From Tubiluchus corallicola (Eukaryota > Animalia > Priapulida), in the NCBI GenBank assembly GCA_030141605.1, contig JAQGDQ010000012.1, positions 310,001-374,000 of the forward strand: DNA of 64,000 nucleotides, read 5' to 3'. Positions 27,561 through 38,981 of this stretch are shown one piece after another. The notes under the pieces are model-generated. The model saw only the letters and a list, made by a program, of their open reading frames with translations, did not search any database and was not told the DNA's origin. The translations under genes were made by a program, and so were the position numbers. Every line of letters starts with the position of its first letter. Positions within the stretch are counted from its first letter, which is position 1.

Positions 27561-29126
27561 AATAAAAAGTCAAAACCAAATCTGGAAAGAGCTAAACAAC
27601 CATGCAAGTTTGCTTTACTATACTAGCCTGTGTTAACTAATACCATCATTGTATATTTACTGTATAATATACATACGTATGTGACTTATATATTAATATT
27701 ATTATAAATACCACCTGTGTAGCACAATTTTATGCAAAATCTCATTTCTGGTGATCATGTTCTAAGCTCATCTAAAATGTCTACTGAAAATTTTGTCGCG
27801 TTAGTGTTCCCATCCCAGTTGTTGACGTTAAGCTTAAATTACACTGCTCATTTAATGTACACATTTCTTTTGTGAGCAAAATTTCTTGCAATAGTCAAAT
27901 TACACTTGATTCGATTTACACTACATATTCTACTACATTTCTTTTTTTGTTACCAAATGAGTTAATCCTTCCTTAGATGATTAACCAATAGTTGATTTTA
28001 CATGAATTTTCTTGTCGTCATAATGCTATTAAACTTTTACTACTGTACTAACATGCAACTATCAATAATTTATAGTATTTTTTTAAATTCTACTTTGCTC
28101 TTTGTTTTCAATACTGCCAATGACTTGTTATTAAATTTTAATTTTAAGCACTCAGCAATTCTGGTTTTTACTGGTGTTTTTGTATAATGCGTCCTATGTG
28201 TATATGTGAAATTTGCAAATGTACTCGCATGATACATGTAATACGTAATTGAAGATTTGTGCAATAAACTTGAATTGAAACAAAAATCTGTTGATAGATG
28301 GCAGCATAAGGGAGCTACAGAAGCGGCGCGAAAATTTAATGTATTCTGTCACGAAGTTTCAAACCACATAATAAGAATGCTGTCCTCTGTCAATCACGTA
28401 GGTTAGTTAATTAGTGCCATTAAGCTCTAAGCGACAAACCGGACTCTATGTTAAAGTAATATTTGATGAATTAACTTTAATACACATGTTAGCGCTATTT
28501 ATTATTAGTATTACTATTAGTACATACTGACCACTAGTACAAGTAATGCTAATGGTAAACCTAGGCTTAGGCTTAGTCACAGTGACTGAATTGTGCTTTA
28601 CGTTTTAGAAAAGGAGTAATTTTTTTTTTATTAAAGCCTGCAAACGTTAACTCAATGTCTATCGTGATACATATAGTATCGTGAGGTTAGTATCGTGATA
28701 TGTATCGTATCGTGACTTAGGTGCATCGTTAAAGCCTTGCCCTTAGTAATCAATTTGTACCAGCAAATGTGTAGCACTTTTTAAAACAAGCAACTATTGG
28801 TACTTCTAAAATGTGAAAAAAGTGGTAACTATCTCATCTAAACGGCTTTATATAATCTGCTCCATAGATTATTTACTGTAAGTGTAAGTGTAATATTTAC
28901 ATTAGATTTTTATGTAATGTTATTAACAATGTATTATTTACGATACATTAAATCCTGTGGTTCTTAGTGACTTTAAAAATTACAAAATTAGTCAAACTCA
29001 AAGACCTTCAAGTGTTTCTCTGTTTTTGTAAATGTATAACAATAAATGCAATTCAAATTTAAAATTGTGTAGCAATCAGCTGAAGTTTATGAAGCAAAAT
29101 ATAAATCAGTGTAAATGGACAATATG

Positions 29127-29660
29127 TTAAAGAGGAAGAAAGGGCACTTTTAAAGTATGTCCCAACAAACTTTCTACACAAAGATTATTTAGCATTATGC
29201 TTACCCGCTTGAAAGACTTATTTAACTAGAAAAGAAGCTCTTAGTAATTTAGAATGTTCACGCCAACTGGTAAAATATCACTGACTCACCTTCCCAGTGT
29301 CCACTGACTCACTGAAAATGTATATTTAATCTTATTGACAAGATAAATTAATTTAAACTTTTGCTTAGTTAGCGAAAACTATACTACGAATTCTCTGATT
29401 TTTTCCAAACTTTACGCAGTATTATTTAAACTTGTTTCAAATGACCTGCACTTAATGGTCATCGCGAGAGCATTCAACAGCATTGCTGCGACTACAAATT
29501 CTGCAATACGAGTGCATGCAATAAAGCAGTCTGTAAGTGATACAAAATTTTTAGACAATTTTTTTTAGTCTTACGTATGTAAAGGATTTCTTGTGTTTTA
29601 ATTGCATGGACATGTAGTGTACATATTTGGAAAAAATTGGAGCAGCTGACTGATATAGCC
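29127..29660 (+). mobile_element. Non-autonomous TTAA-ended repeat, copy 2 (internally deleted)
   Basis: Starts TTAA-AGAGGAAGAAAGGGCAC; 29270-29620 aligns by eye with 11100-11470. Confidence 0.65.
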
Positions 29661-31836
29661 ATGTGATGGGTTTTTGATTCAAATTTAGCTGTGTAACTGC
29701 ATAAACACTAGCTTATGAACAGCTTGAATATTTTAGTATAGTGAGTAATCATTAATCACTGGGTAGGTTAGGAAATTTTAGACTTGGGGTAAGAGTTACA
29801 GCACTGTTATTTTCTACAACATAATGATCATCTTGCTGGACGCAGGAAAGGCTTATGTTAGCACAAAGGGCTGCACCTAGTGGTTGATGGTTTTAGTATC
29901 TGTAGTAGAACCAGTGCAACTGTTATGAATTAATTAAAGAATGATAAGAAAAATTACTTGACTGACATACATTTCATATTGTAGGAAAAAGCATTGTAGA
30001 ATTCTTTTTTTAAAGATTAATAACAGATAAAATGGAGTACTATGATTACTATCTACGCTGGCTGCTATACTCAGTGCATACAAATTGGACTCAACAGCAA
30101 TGTTTACTTATATTTGGATGGTCGTGATAGGATAAGAATCTAATTCATTATAAGTGATAATCCCTTAAGATGAGACACTGAGCCAGCTGAGGAATCTTAG
30201 CCATTTTCTTGCATGCATATTTCTCCGTTAAATGAAGTAAATAGTCATGCTAGTATGACTGGTACAAATGCTTTTTGAAGCAATTTTCTTGGCTGTAGGC
30301 TGGCTACTCTTTCACTCACTCACATCAGATTCGGCACTGCTTTACTTCGTGGTAACCACTTAGGTGTTCATCACAAGTTCGTGAATCATTGTAATGATGT
30401 GTCAAGTTCACTGTAACAACTTAAAGGAAAATTCGACCACATAAGGCATAACAAAACCTCTGCAGTAGATCTGTTTTTGTGTAAAAATTAGTTGTTGGAT
30501 CAATTAGCATCAATTTCAAAGTGCTTACATAGCTTTAATCCACAAGATTATATCCCAAAATGTAACAGTACCGTGCACATTTATTTACATTTAAGCACAG
30601 AATTCTGTGACGCTGCGAGAAGTTGCCGAGCAGTTTACTTAGATTATAGAGTTCAGTTTTTTAGCTTGTTAAAGTAATTATTCTGTTACTTTGTTGGTGC
30701 TAACTAGAGGAATAGGATTTTCTCACTATCGGTAACTGATTTTCGTTATATAATGGGCAATGTGCAATGGGCAATGTGATTCATCAAAAAGCAAGAAATC
30801 GTATTAATAAACTCTCATTTAATGTTTTGGATTGTTTATAGCTGATAATAGTAACTGTTGCCACAAAAAAGTTTGCTCAAGTACTTGGTGGGGTAAATGT
30901 TTACATTGCAGAGTAACTTTATGACGCCATTTTTTTCAAATGATTGTAACCGGTCCAAAGCCCTGCTGGTAAGCCAGTAGCAGCAAATGCAGGATTATGG
31001 CAAAAAACACAAATTTGATTTTGGGGGCACGCTGCCAATGCATGTTTAATGTTATCAAGTTATTAGTTACAAGCCTCTACTTGTTGCGGAAAGTGAGATT
31101 GTTACTTGGAATGCTTACCAGAAAAAGCGATGCAAAGAATGGCGCTAGTCTGTCCAAACTCGGTAGCCTCTTACAGTGACCATGTATTGTTGTATGTAAT
31201 ACGTTGCATGTTCAGCAATAAAATGTATGTAAGTGTTTGTTTGTTTAATTTTTAACTGTTGCTCTATGCTCCAGTCCATTATACTTTTGTAGACTGTTCC
31301 ATGTGATTGCAGCGGTTTAGTGAGTGTAAATCCATGTAACATCATCAGCTAATCAGAAGAGGCTTTACCGACCAATTGGCACATGGCAGGTCATAGTACG
31401 ACACGAGTCTGTCACAAAAACACATTCAATCATGTACTTGTAAAGGGACCTCAAAGCTCCTTTAATGACATTTCATTTAACAAATTAACTATGTTTATGT
31501 TTTGCTGTATCACATTAGCAAAAACGTAAATTTGAATATATAGCTAGCTAACGCATAAACAGCAATTATAAATACAATTTACATAAACATACAAGCGAAC
31601 TATGATGTCTTGTCTTATTTATATATTCAGCAAATTCGAAAACTACAACTAAAAACAAATAAACAATCCGGGATATGGATAGAAACATTGCCATGCCACG
31701 GCCATCTTCCTTTTGAAACTTTGAGTTACACAAAGGTAATGAAAACACTATTTATAGTTTAATTTTGAATGAAATCTAACGAACAGATGTTGATAATAAT
31801 GATAACCTTGCATGCAAGTTATATCAACTGCTTTCA

Positions 31837-32802
31837 TCACAAATCAAGCCTGTTGAGAATCTCTCCACATCGTGCATTTACCTTGATGTCAGCTAAATTG
31901 TCTGCTCTACTATCACCAATTGTGACTATAGCTATGTTTTTTTGCTGTTGCCTAGCTCTTCTAATGAAGCGAAAGCCAGAGTAAACATACAATGATGATC
32001 CAAGCACCAAAAATGTATCACATTCTTCTACTTTGTTGTACACAAAATCTACTGTCATTTTTGCCACATTGTCTCCAAAGAAAACCACTTGAGGCTTCAA
32101 CAGACCACCACACCTTTCGCATTCAGGCATTTGAAATTCATAGCACTGTTCATCCGACAAGTCAATGTCACCATCAGGCCGCACTATGGTTTGATCAGAT
32201 TCAGTAATGGCATTCCACATGGTATTGACTGAAAGAATTTTGTGTTGTAGCGTATATCTGGAAATGACATTTCCGCATGCTAAGCACTCTACCCTATGTG
32301 TGCAACCATGTAACTCGGTCATGTTTATGTGACCAGCCTTGGTATGCAATGCATCTACATTTTGTGTCACTAGCCAGTATAAGAGGCCTCTTTTTTCCCA
32401 GTTGGATAAAATTAAATGACACCCATTTGGCTGAAATGAAGAAAATCTATTCCAAGCGACGTAGTTCCTGGCCCAGTACCTTTTCCGTGCTAATTCACTT
32501 TTTAGAAAGTCTTGGTATTTCACTGGTCTTCTTTTTGTTACTGAATACAAACCCACACCTTCAGATCGATAGTCAGGGATGCCACTTTCTGTCGAAATAC
32601 CAGCTCCAGTTAATACAAGTAGATTTCTTGAGCGCCTTAGCATTTCACGCAGCTGTCTAATGTCTGACTCACATGCTTCTTCATGTTTTGGCACAAACGT
32701 TTCCTGATGGCAATCATGCAAGTTAGTTGCATATCTTTTTTGCTGATACCCAATCAGCATCTTAAGTTTTGGTAATGTTGGTCTATTCATTTCCTGTTGC
32801 AT
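31837..32802 (-). CDS. SIRT4: NAD-dependent sirtuin 4 (mitochondrial class II), single coding exon, 321 aa
   Basis: LTGAGISTESGIPDYRSEGVGLY, RYWARNYVAW, TQNVDALHTKAG, ELHG, CxxC...CxxC Zn site, RPDGD, GLLKPQVVFFGDNV, LGSSL. Confidence 0.96.
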   Translation of the reverse strand: MQQEMNRPTLPKLKMLIGYQQKRYATNLHDCHQETFVPKHEEACESDIRQLREMLRRSRNLLVLTGAGISTESGIPDYRSEGVGLYSVTKRRPVKYQDFLKSELARKRYWARNYVAWNRFSSFQPNGCHLILSNWEKRGLLYWLVTQNVDALHTKAGHINMTELHGCTHRVECLACGNVISRYTLQHKILSVNTMWNAITESDQTIVRPDGDIDLSDEQCYEFQMPECERCGGLLKPQVVFFGDNVAKMTVDFVYNKVEECDTFLVLGSSLYVYSGFRFIRRARQQQKNIAIVTIGDSRADNLADIKVNARCGEILNRLDL

Positions 32803-33455
32803 GTATGCATCTCAACAGATTTGCCTTTTCACAATTTTTCAGTTTTACTGCATTGTTGCTAATGAAATGTAACCCAAATGCTTATCATCCATATTCTAAA
32901 ACAAGATAGTGCAACTATTATAATGTGATAAATATGAAATTTAATTTTAAAATAGTGGTTCTTAAAACGAAGTGTAATGCTCAAATTATTACACTAAAAC
33001 AATGGAAGACTGAATAAAAAATCTCTTAGGCTTTTAAGAAAGCCGCTACTGGCATTTCTTCTTCTTTAAATGCAAATTCCGTCCATCGTAGATTTTGAGG
33101 CACTCATTTATAAAAGTATTGTAACCACTGTTCTAGCCACTCTGCAACTAACAGCATAAGTTATTGTGCTCCTACAGTTAGAATTGACTGTAGCTTATTT
33201 ATTCTACAGTAGAGTTCAAAAGTCAAGCCCCGAAGATTAAGATGGTTAGGACACTTCCTCATTTCACGAAGTGAAACACCAGTAAGAAACCTTTTTACAC
33301 CAGAAGAAACCTTAAATCTTGCAAAAAGCCATCTGGCAAACAAGAACAATGGATAGGTACCAACTCGATTATATTCATTTATTCATTCATTGAAACACTG
33401 TAATGCTATGGACATCTTTATTTGTCTTAGATGTTTCTTGTTTGCAAGCTTTTAA

Positions 33456-35122
33456 AGCAGCGCTGAAGGCATTTTTGATGTTAAGCTCAAATCACAGTTT
33501 TGTAGTCAAGTACTTGACTACTTTGGACCTCAAAAGTTTTAGCTTGACATCATTGGTATCTCGCGCCGGGCTAATTCATAATTGCAGCGCTTAAAATTCA
33601 CTGCACGCGTTGTTTTCTGCTTGCCAAATAATACTTTCTTAAAAAAAGTGCCTCACTGTCTGGTTGCACTGTGTCGACGCGAGATATAATTATTATTATT
33701 TGAAAAATGCGTGAAAATTGCAGTAAAACTGTAGTTCACTAATGCTGAAATGTAGTTTTCATGATGTTTAGCCATAAAGGGTCACTACCAGCCAATTTAG
33801 CTGTAGATTTGATTCGCCGGAGAACTCGGCAAACTATTGTTCGTACAGTTTAATGGAACACCATACAGGTCCCAAGTGTAGCAGGTCGAGAAGTTAGAGA
33901 TAGATGTGTGTAGCTATATGATGGAAGTAGCTGGTTTTGAGAGAGCTATTCAAGAGTTGAAAGAAAAAACGTAAATAATGCTGCAATTGCTAGTGACCAG
34001 CATGCAACTGTAACGAAACTTATAATGTCTGAGAAATACAATAAGGAGCACATCTTTGATGTATGGCATGTCAGTAAGAATTTGCAGAAAAAAATTACAT
34101 AAGAATTTCTCAAAAAAAGATGACCGTGTGCTTCAGCTATGTTCAAAAAGTATTTATAATCACGTTTGGTCCATCTTTGATGTATGGCATGTCAGCAAGA
34201 ATTTGAAGAAAAAATTACATGGAATTTCTCAGAAAAAAGATGACCGTGTGCTTCAGCTATGTTCAAAAAGTATCTATAATCACTTTTGGTAGGCTTCGTC
34301 GACGTGAAACGGGTATGATTTAGTGAAACGCTTCCAATCTGTTCTCCAGCACTGTACTAATAAACATGCCCGGTGCAGTGAAATGTCAACTGAGCAACAT
34401 TGTGATCATAAAGAGCTGACATCAGAAGAACAAAAAGAGAACATTTGGTTTCATGTCATGTGAAAAATGACTAAGCAATTAGAAAATTGTTTTTTTTATT
34501 CATTCTTGAGACGTTTCATAACATGTTACTAAAGTGTGTGCCAAAGAAACATTATTTCTCCCGCCCCCCACACACAAAACACAAAACTTAGGCTAGCTGT
34601 GAATGTCAATGTGGTCTGTGCTCTTCTTCTAGGAAAACATTGCCCATCGTACAGCAAAGCAGCAAAAAGGTTCCACGAAAGAAATGTCCATGAAAGAAAA
34701 GATTATAGCTGGCACAGAGTTTTTCTTTGTGAAACATTCTGTCATTATGGTATTCAGTTTTTGTTAAAAGTTAGGCGAGTAAAGTGTTTTTATTTTTCAC
34801 AGTTCAAATGATGTCAGCAATTTCAGTACTTAAAAGTTACAAAAAATAAGCTAAATTTGATTACCTCCTCATTCACATATTCCAAGATTATATTTTGGAA
34901 AGTGATTCAAGTGAAAACTTCTGAAATAGTAGCATTTTGTTTGTGTTATTTTATACGCGTACGTATTGAAAGCGCCAGAGATACCAGTGACATCATATGA
35001 AAACTAAAACGGCTTATTTCTGCCTGTATAAAACTTTTCGTCAAATTTAGAATATGATATAGTTGGCAGTTATGTCTAAACTGCATTTTGACTACCAGTC
35101 ACATTTTGCCTTCAGTGCTGCT
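33456..35122 (+). mobile_element. Kolobok-type DNA transposon, defective
   Basis: TTAA on both sides (33452-33455, 35123-35126). TIRs AGCAGCGCTGAAGGCA / TGCCTTCAGTGCTGCT (15/16). Frameshifted transposase remnant ~33790-34460 with RFDSPENSANYCSYSLM, MEVAGFER, ASDQH, HIFDVWHVSKNL, SIYNHFW; 121-bp internal tandem duplication at 34051-34290. Confidence 0.85.
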
Positions 35123-35870
35123 TTAAGGCCTACTTTAAGGCGATTCCTACTGGTGTTTCACTTGGTAATCGGAGGTGTCCTAGTCGTCTTAATCTCTGGA
35201 ATTTGACTCTGACATATGCTGTTCTTCACCAAGGTCTAAGGCCATCTATTAAAGACACTGGGGCATTAATGTTTATTACAGCATTCCACCCACTCCTATC
35301 AGCAGCTAATAGTGTAAGTTGTTCTTCTACTCCTAAACCTAGATTTGGTTGAAGTTGTTGAACACCTTTATTTATCTTCGTTATCCACTTGTTTTTGGTT
35401 TGCCAAGTGGTTTTTTGCAAGGTTTTAAGGCTTCCTTTAAGGTGATTCTTACTAGTGCTTCACTTGGTAATCTTAGAAGGTGTCCTAGCCATCTTAACCT
35501 TCGGAACTTGACCTGAACTCCAAGGAATTTCTTTCGTTCTAGTGTATAAATCTTCATTAATTTTTTTATTACGTTCGCCCATCTTATGTTTAAAACTTAC
35601 CTTAGAAGACTTCTATGAAATGTGTCAATATGCTTTTCTTGAGTAATCTTTAAACTCCGTGTTTCACTGTTGTACGTAAATATGTATTTAACGTATGCAT
35701 TAAATAACTGAAGTCTTATGTTAAGACTTAATTTCTTACTAATTAATACATTCTTGAGTTGAAGAAAAGGATGCATTGCTTGCTGCTTTCTATTTTCAAT
35801 ATCATCTTTGGTGCTTACAAGAGTGCCCATATATTTGCACATATATTTGATTACCATTTCTTGCTGTGGT
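35123..35870 (-). mobile_element. Non-LTR retrotransposon (RTE-like) RT C-terminal fragments
   Basis: ORF 35597-35857 CKYMGTLV...RLQLFNAYVKYIFTYNSET...IDTFHRSLLR, followed by RRLRWLGH-type sequence. A second copy at 35123-35215 and an inverted copy at ~33220-33330 (KVKPRRLRWLGHF). Confidence 0.75.
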
Positions 35871-36259
35871 GGCTCGTAGTTAAAATTAGTGGGGGTGCTG
35901 CTTCAGAAAATTTTAGCCATTGTTTTAATCTGTGTAAAATGAAACAAACAATGTTGTGATTGTAATTTTAAGCAAACAAACGTACGAAAATTTATACATA
36001 AACTTGATGAAATCCTAAAAACTTTTTGCTTACAATTAGCCTAAACTGCCGCAGCTTAAGAATATGCCAGTACAGGGTTTTTTAAGCATCTGACAACTGA
36101 CAACAAACTGTGTGAGTGACAGTACTTTCTCTACCTAACAGCAGACACTAGCAGTGCAGCATACAGCGTGTTATCTCAGACATGTGTGAATGACCACTGG
36201 ACTGGGTTGTGAAAGAAACAGTACTACCCTCACGTGTTCTGGTTCTGTACGAGTAACGC

Positions 36260-36822
36260 TGTATAAAACGTAAATTTAAACTCCCGAGATGACCGTTAGG
36301 CGCAGCCATTTTAATGGTAGGTCGTTTGAAACAAGTTTTGATAACATTAAGTAAAGTTTGAAAAAATAATCAGTGCATTCTTAGCACATGTTGCTAATTA
36401 AGTTAAATTTTAAATTACTGTATCTTGTCAATAAGATTAGAAATACGTTTTTGGCTAGTGAGTGGCGCACCCTGGAGGGTGAATCAGCGACATTTTGCCA
36501 ATTGGCACAAACATTTGAAATTATTAGTCTAGTTACATAAGTCTTTCCAGCAGGTAAGCGTAATGCTAAGTAATATGGATTTGCATGGAAAGTTTTCTGG
36601 GTCATAATTTTAACATTGTGTTTTCTTCCCCTAATTTACGTGGCGTAGTGACGTCATGTAAAGGCGCAGTAGGAACAGCATTGTGGCAAATTTAAGATGA
36701 AAACAAAGGAAAATTTCTTTCAACGCGAATACAATATGTGCATAAAATTGCTGTAAAGTAGTATAAATTTTTAAGGCGATTTTTCTGAAACTTACTTCAG
36801 GTGCCCTTTTTTTGTCCGTTAA
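36260..36822 (-). mobile_element. Non-autonomous TTAA-ended repeat, copy 3
   Basis: Reverse complement of ~10763-11340; ends GGTGCCCTTTTTTTGTCCG-TTAA. Confidence 0.72.
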
Positions 36823-37292
36823 GGTATAATTAGGTGATCCGTTTTACTACCTCTTGGACAAATTGTTTTCTACTAATTAAAAGGGCTAATGAGCATGTAC
36901 CCTACATAGTTTCTCTCTTTAAAGCATTACACTTAGTTTAATGTTATGATGAAATAATGGGCTAATAATATTGATGATATTATTGTAAAGAATACATTTG
37001 TAAATCGTCAAGGACTATCCATTCCACAAATTTAGAACATCCGCTTAGCGGCAAATGTCCTACTTCGGTTAGTAACGTACTCTGCGCCCTACAAAGTGTT
37101 AGTGTGCTAAAAAAATTCTCGCCAATACTAAGTAGCACTAAGGGAAACCATTATCGTACAGCGTGAAAATCGCACTTGCGTTAAAGGTAATATAGAGCTA
37201 CCTTCTTGCTAGCGCTAGATGCCTGGAAGAAATTGCCGTTATTGTCCTTGATTTTTAATTTTCAGTATTGAAAAAGCGATCGCTACAGAAAT

Positions 37293-38981
37293 ATGTACCT
37301 GGATAACCTGAATGAAATCTTGGAGTTGTTCCGTGGAACATTTCCCGTGCAGTTGTTAATCTTTGTGCCTTTAATTATTATTATTTCACCTGTTAATCCT
37401 GTTTATGGGGCGCATGACTTTACTGTTTACCGGATGCAGCAATATGATTTGCATGGAAGACCGTACGGTTGTAGGAATACTCTAATAAACCTTGAGGCTC
37501 GTTCACTGGATTCCAGGAGTGTAACTCGGAAATGTTTACTAACATCACTGTCGGACTTCACATCTGATAAGCTTAAAAAAGCACAACAGCAAAATGCTGG
37601 TGGGCTGGTTGTTTTATTACCTCGGGATTTCGCACAACTGACTACAGAAGAACAAGAACATCTTGTGCAAACCGAACAAGATTTATTAGCAGAGGAAAGC
37701 AGCATGCCAGTGTACTTTGCTGTAGAAAGTGACCGCTTGCTTGAAGTGTACAATGACTTGCAGTCATACATTTTGAAGCCTAACCAGCAATCTTCTGCTG
37801 TGTCAGAGTTGTTTAATTCTGTAACAGGCAATGGCTTTCAATTTGTGTACAGTGGGCAACAGTCAAAACCACAACCTGATTTTGTAGTTTATAACATACA
37901 GGGTAAATTGTCAGGACTTGGTATTGAGGAACGGCTGCCGACTATAGCAGTTGTTGCTCATTATGATTCGTACGGTGTGACGCCTGGTTTATCTTTTGGA
38001 GTTGATTCTAATGGAAGTGGTGTAATAGTTTTACTGGAACTGGCTCGCCTTTTCTCAAAACTTTATGCTAATCCAAAAACACATGCAAGGTATAACATAT
38101 TGTTCTTATTGTCTGGAGGAGGAAAATTTAATTATCAGGGAACAAAACGATGGATTGAAGATCATATTGACACTGGTGCTACCGATGAAGGGACGTTATT
38201 GTCTGACATTTCATATGCCCTTTGCCTTGATTCATTAGGACATGGTGACACACTTTATATGCATGTATCAAAACCGCCAAAGGAAAATTCTCCTGCTGGT
38301 TTGCTGCAAACTTGTTTGGAGAATACTGCCCAAAGCAAGCACAAAATTGACTTCAAGCTAGTCCATAAGAAGATCAACCTAGCAGATGATTTTTTATCTT
38401 GGGAACATGAACGTTTTAGTATACGGCGGTTACCAGCTGTCACATTGTCTCATTTTAACTCGCATGCAGATGTACGGCGAGGAACTATTCTTGACACCAG
38501 GCCATATGTTAATGTGGATGTACTTGTAAGAAATACACATGTAATCATGGAAGCTGTGGCCAAGCATCTGTATAACAGAGTTAATGATTCGGAGACTGTA
38601 AATCTGTTTGGAAATGAAATGGAAATACGGGAAAGCATCAATGGGTGGCTGGATTTATTTGAATCTCAGCCAAGAGCACAACAGTTGCTCACACTGGATA
38701 ATCCTCTGTTGATAAGCCTGCAGAATGCTCTTGCTCGTCATGTGAAAGATGTACAGCTATTCTCATTCACAGCAGAAAAGCGCGACCCAGATTTTCTGTT
38801 TTTCAGTGGTTCATCGGGCACCATGTCTGCACACAGCGTTAAGCCAGCAGTTTTTGATCTTTTTCTGGCCATGTGCATAGCTGGGTATATCGGACTCATT
38901 TATCTGCTAGTAAACAATTTTCATTTGGTTCACAGTAGTTTGAAGAAAGTTTTGGGACCTATTAAAGCAAAACACTTGTGA
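37293..38981 (+). CDS. NCLN: Nicalin (ER membrane BOS complex subunit, inactive M28 peptidase fold), single coding exon, 562 aa
   Basis: AHDFTVYRMQQYDL, LPTIAVVAHYDSYG, GVDSNGSGV, GGGKFNYQGTKRW, MHVSKPPKE, VHKKINLADDFLSWEHERFSIRRLPA, C-terminal KPAVFDLFL transmembrane helix. Confidence 0.97.
   Translation: MYLDNLNEILELFRGTFPVQLLIFVPLIIIISPVNPVYGAHDFTVYRMQQYDLHGRPYGCRNTLINLEARSLDSRSVTRKCLLTSLSDFTSDKLKKAQQQNAGGLVVLLPRDFAQLTTEEQEHLVQTEQDLLAEESSMPVYFAVESDRLLEVYNDLQSYILKPNQQSSAVSELFNSVTGNGFQFVYSGQQSKPQPDFVVYNIQGKLSGLGIEERLPTIAVVAHYDSYGVTPGLSFGVDSNGSGVIVLLELARLFSKLYANPKTHARYNILFLLSGGGKFNYQGTKRWIEDHIDTGATDEGTLLSDISYALCLDSLGHGDTLYMHVSKPPKENSPAGLLQTCLENTAQSKHKIDFKLVHKKINLADDFLSWEHERFSIRRLPAVTLSHFNSHADVRRGTILDTRPYVNVDVLVRNTHVIMEAVAKHLYNRVNDSETVNLFGNEMEIRESINGWLDLFESQPRAQQLLTLDNPLLISLQNALARHVKDVQLFSFTAEKRDPDFLFFSGSSGTMSAHSVKPAVFDLFLAMCIAGYIGLIYLLVNNFHLVHSSLKKVLGPIKAKHL

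Noticed and set aside
30492-30677. ORF with AVYLDY, resembling the RT V.LD..KAFD motif
   Set aside because: Similarity is too weak to call by eye; possibly an old LINE remnant.
37427-38641. Antisense ORFs overlapping NCLN (likewise + ORFs over SIRT4 and the Met-rich ORF 43165-43356)
   Set aside because: Shadow frames of real coding exons with no independent motifs.
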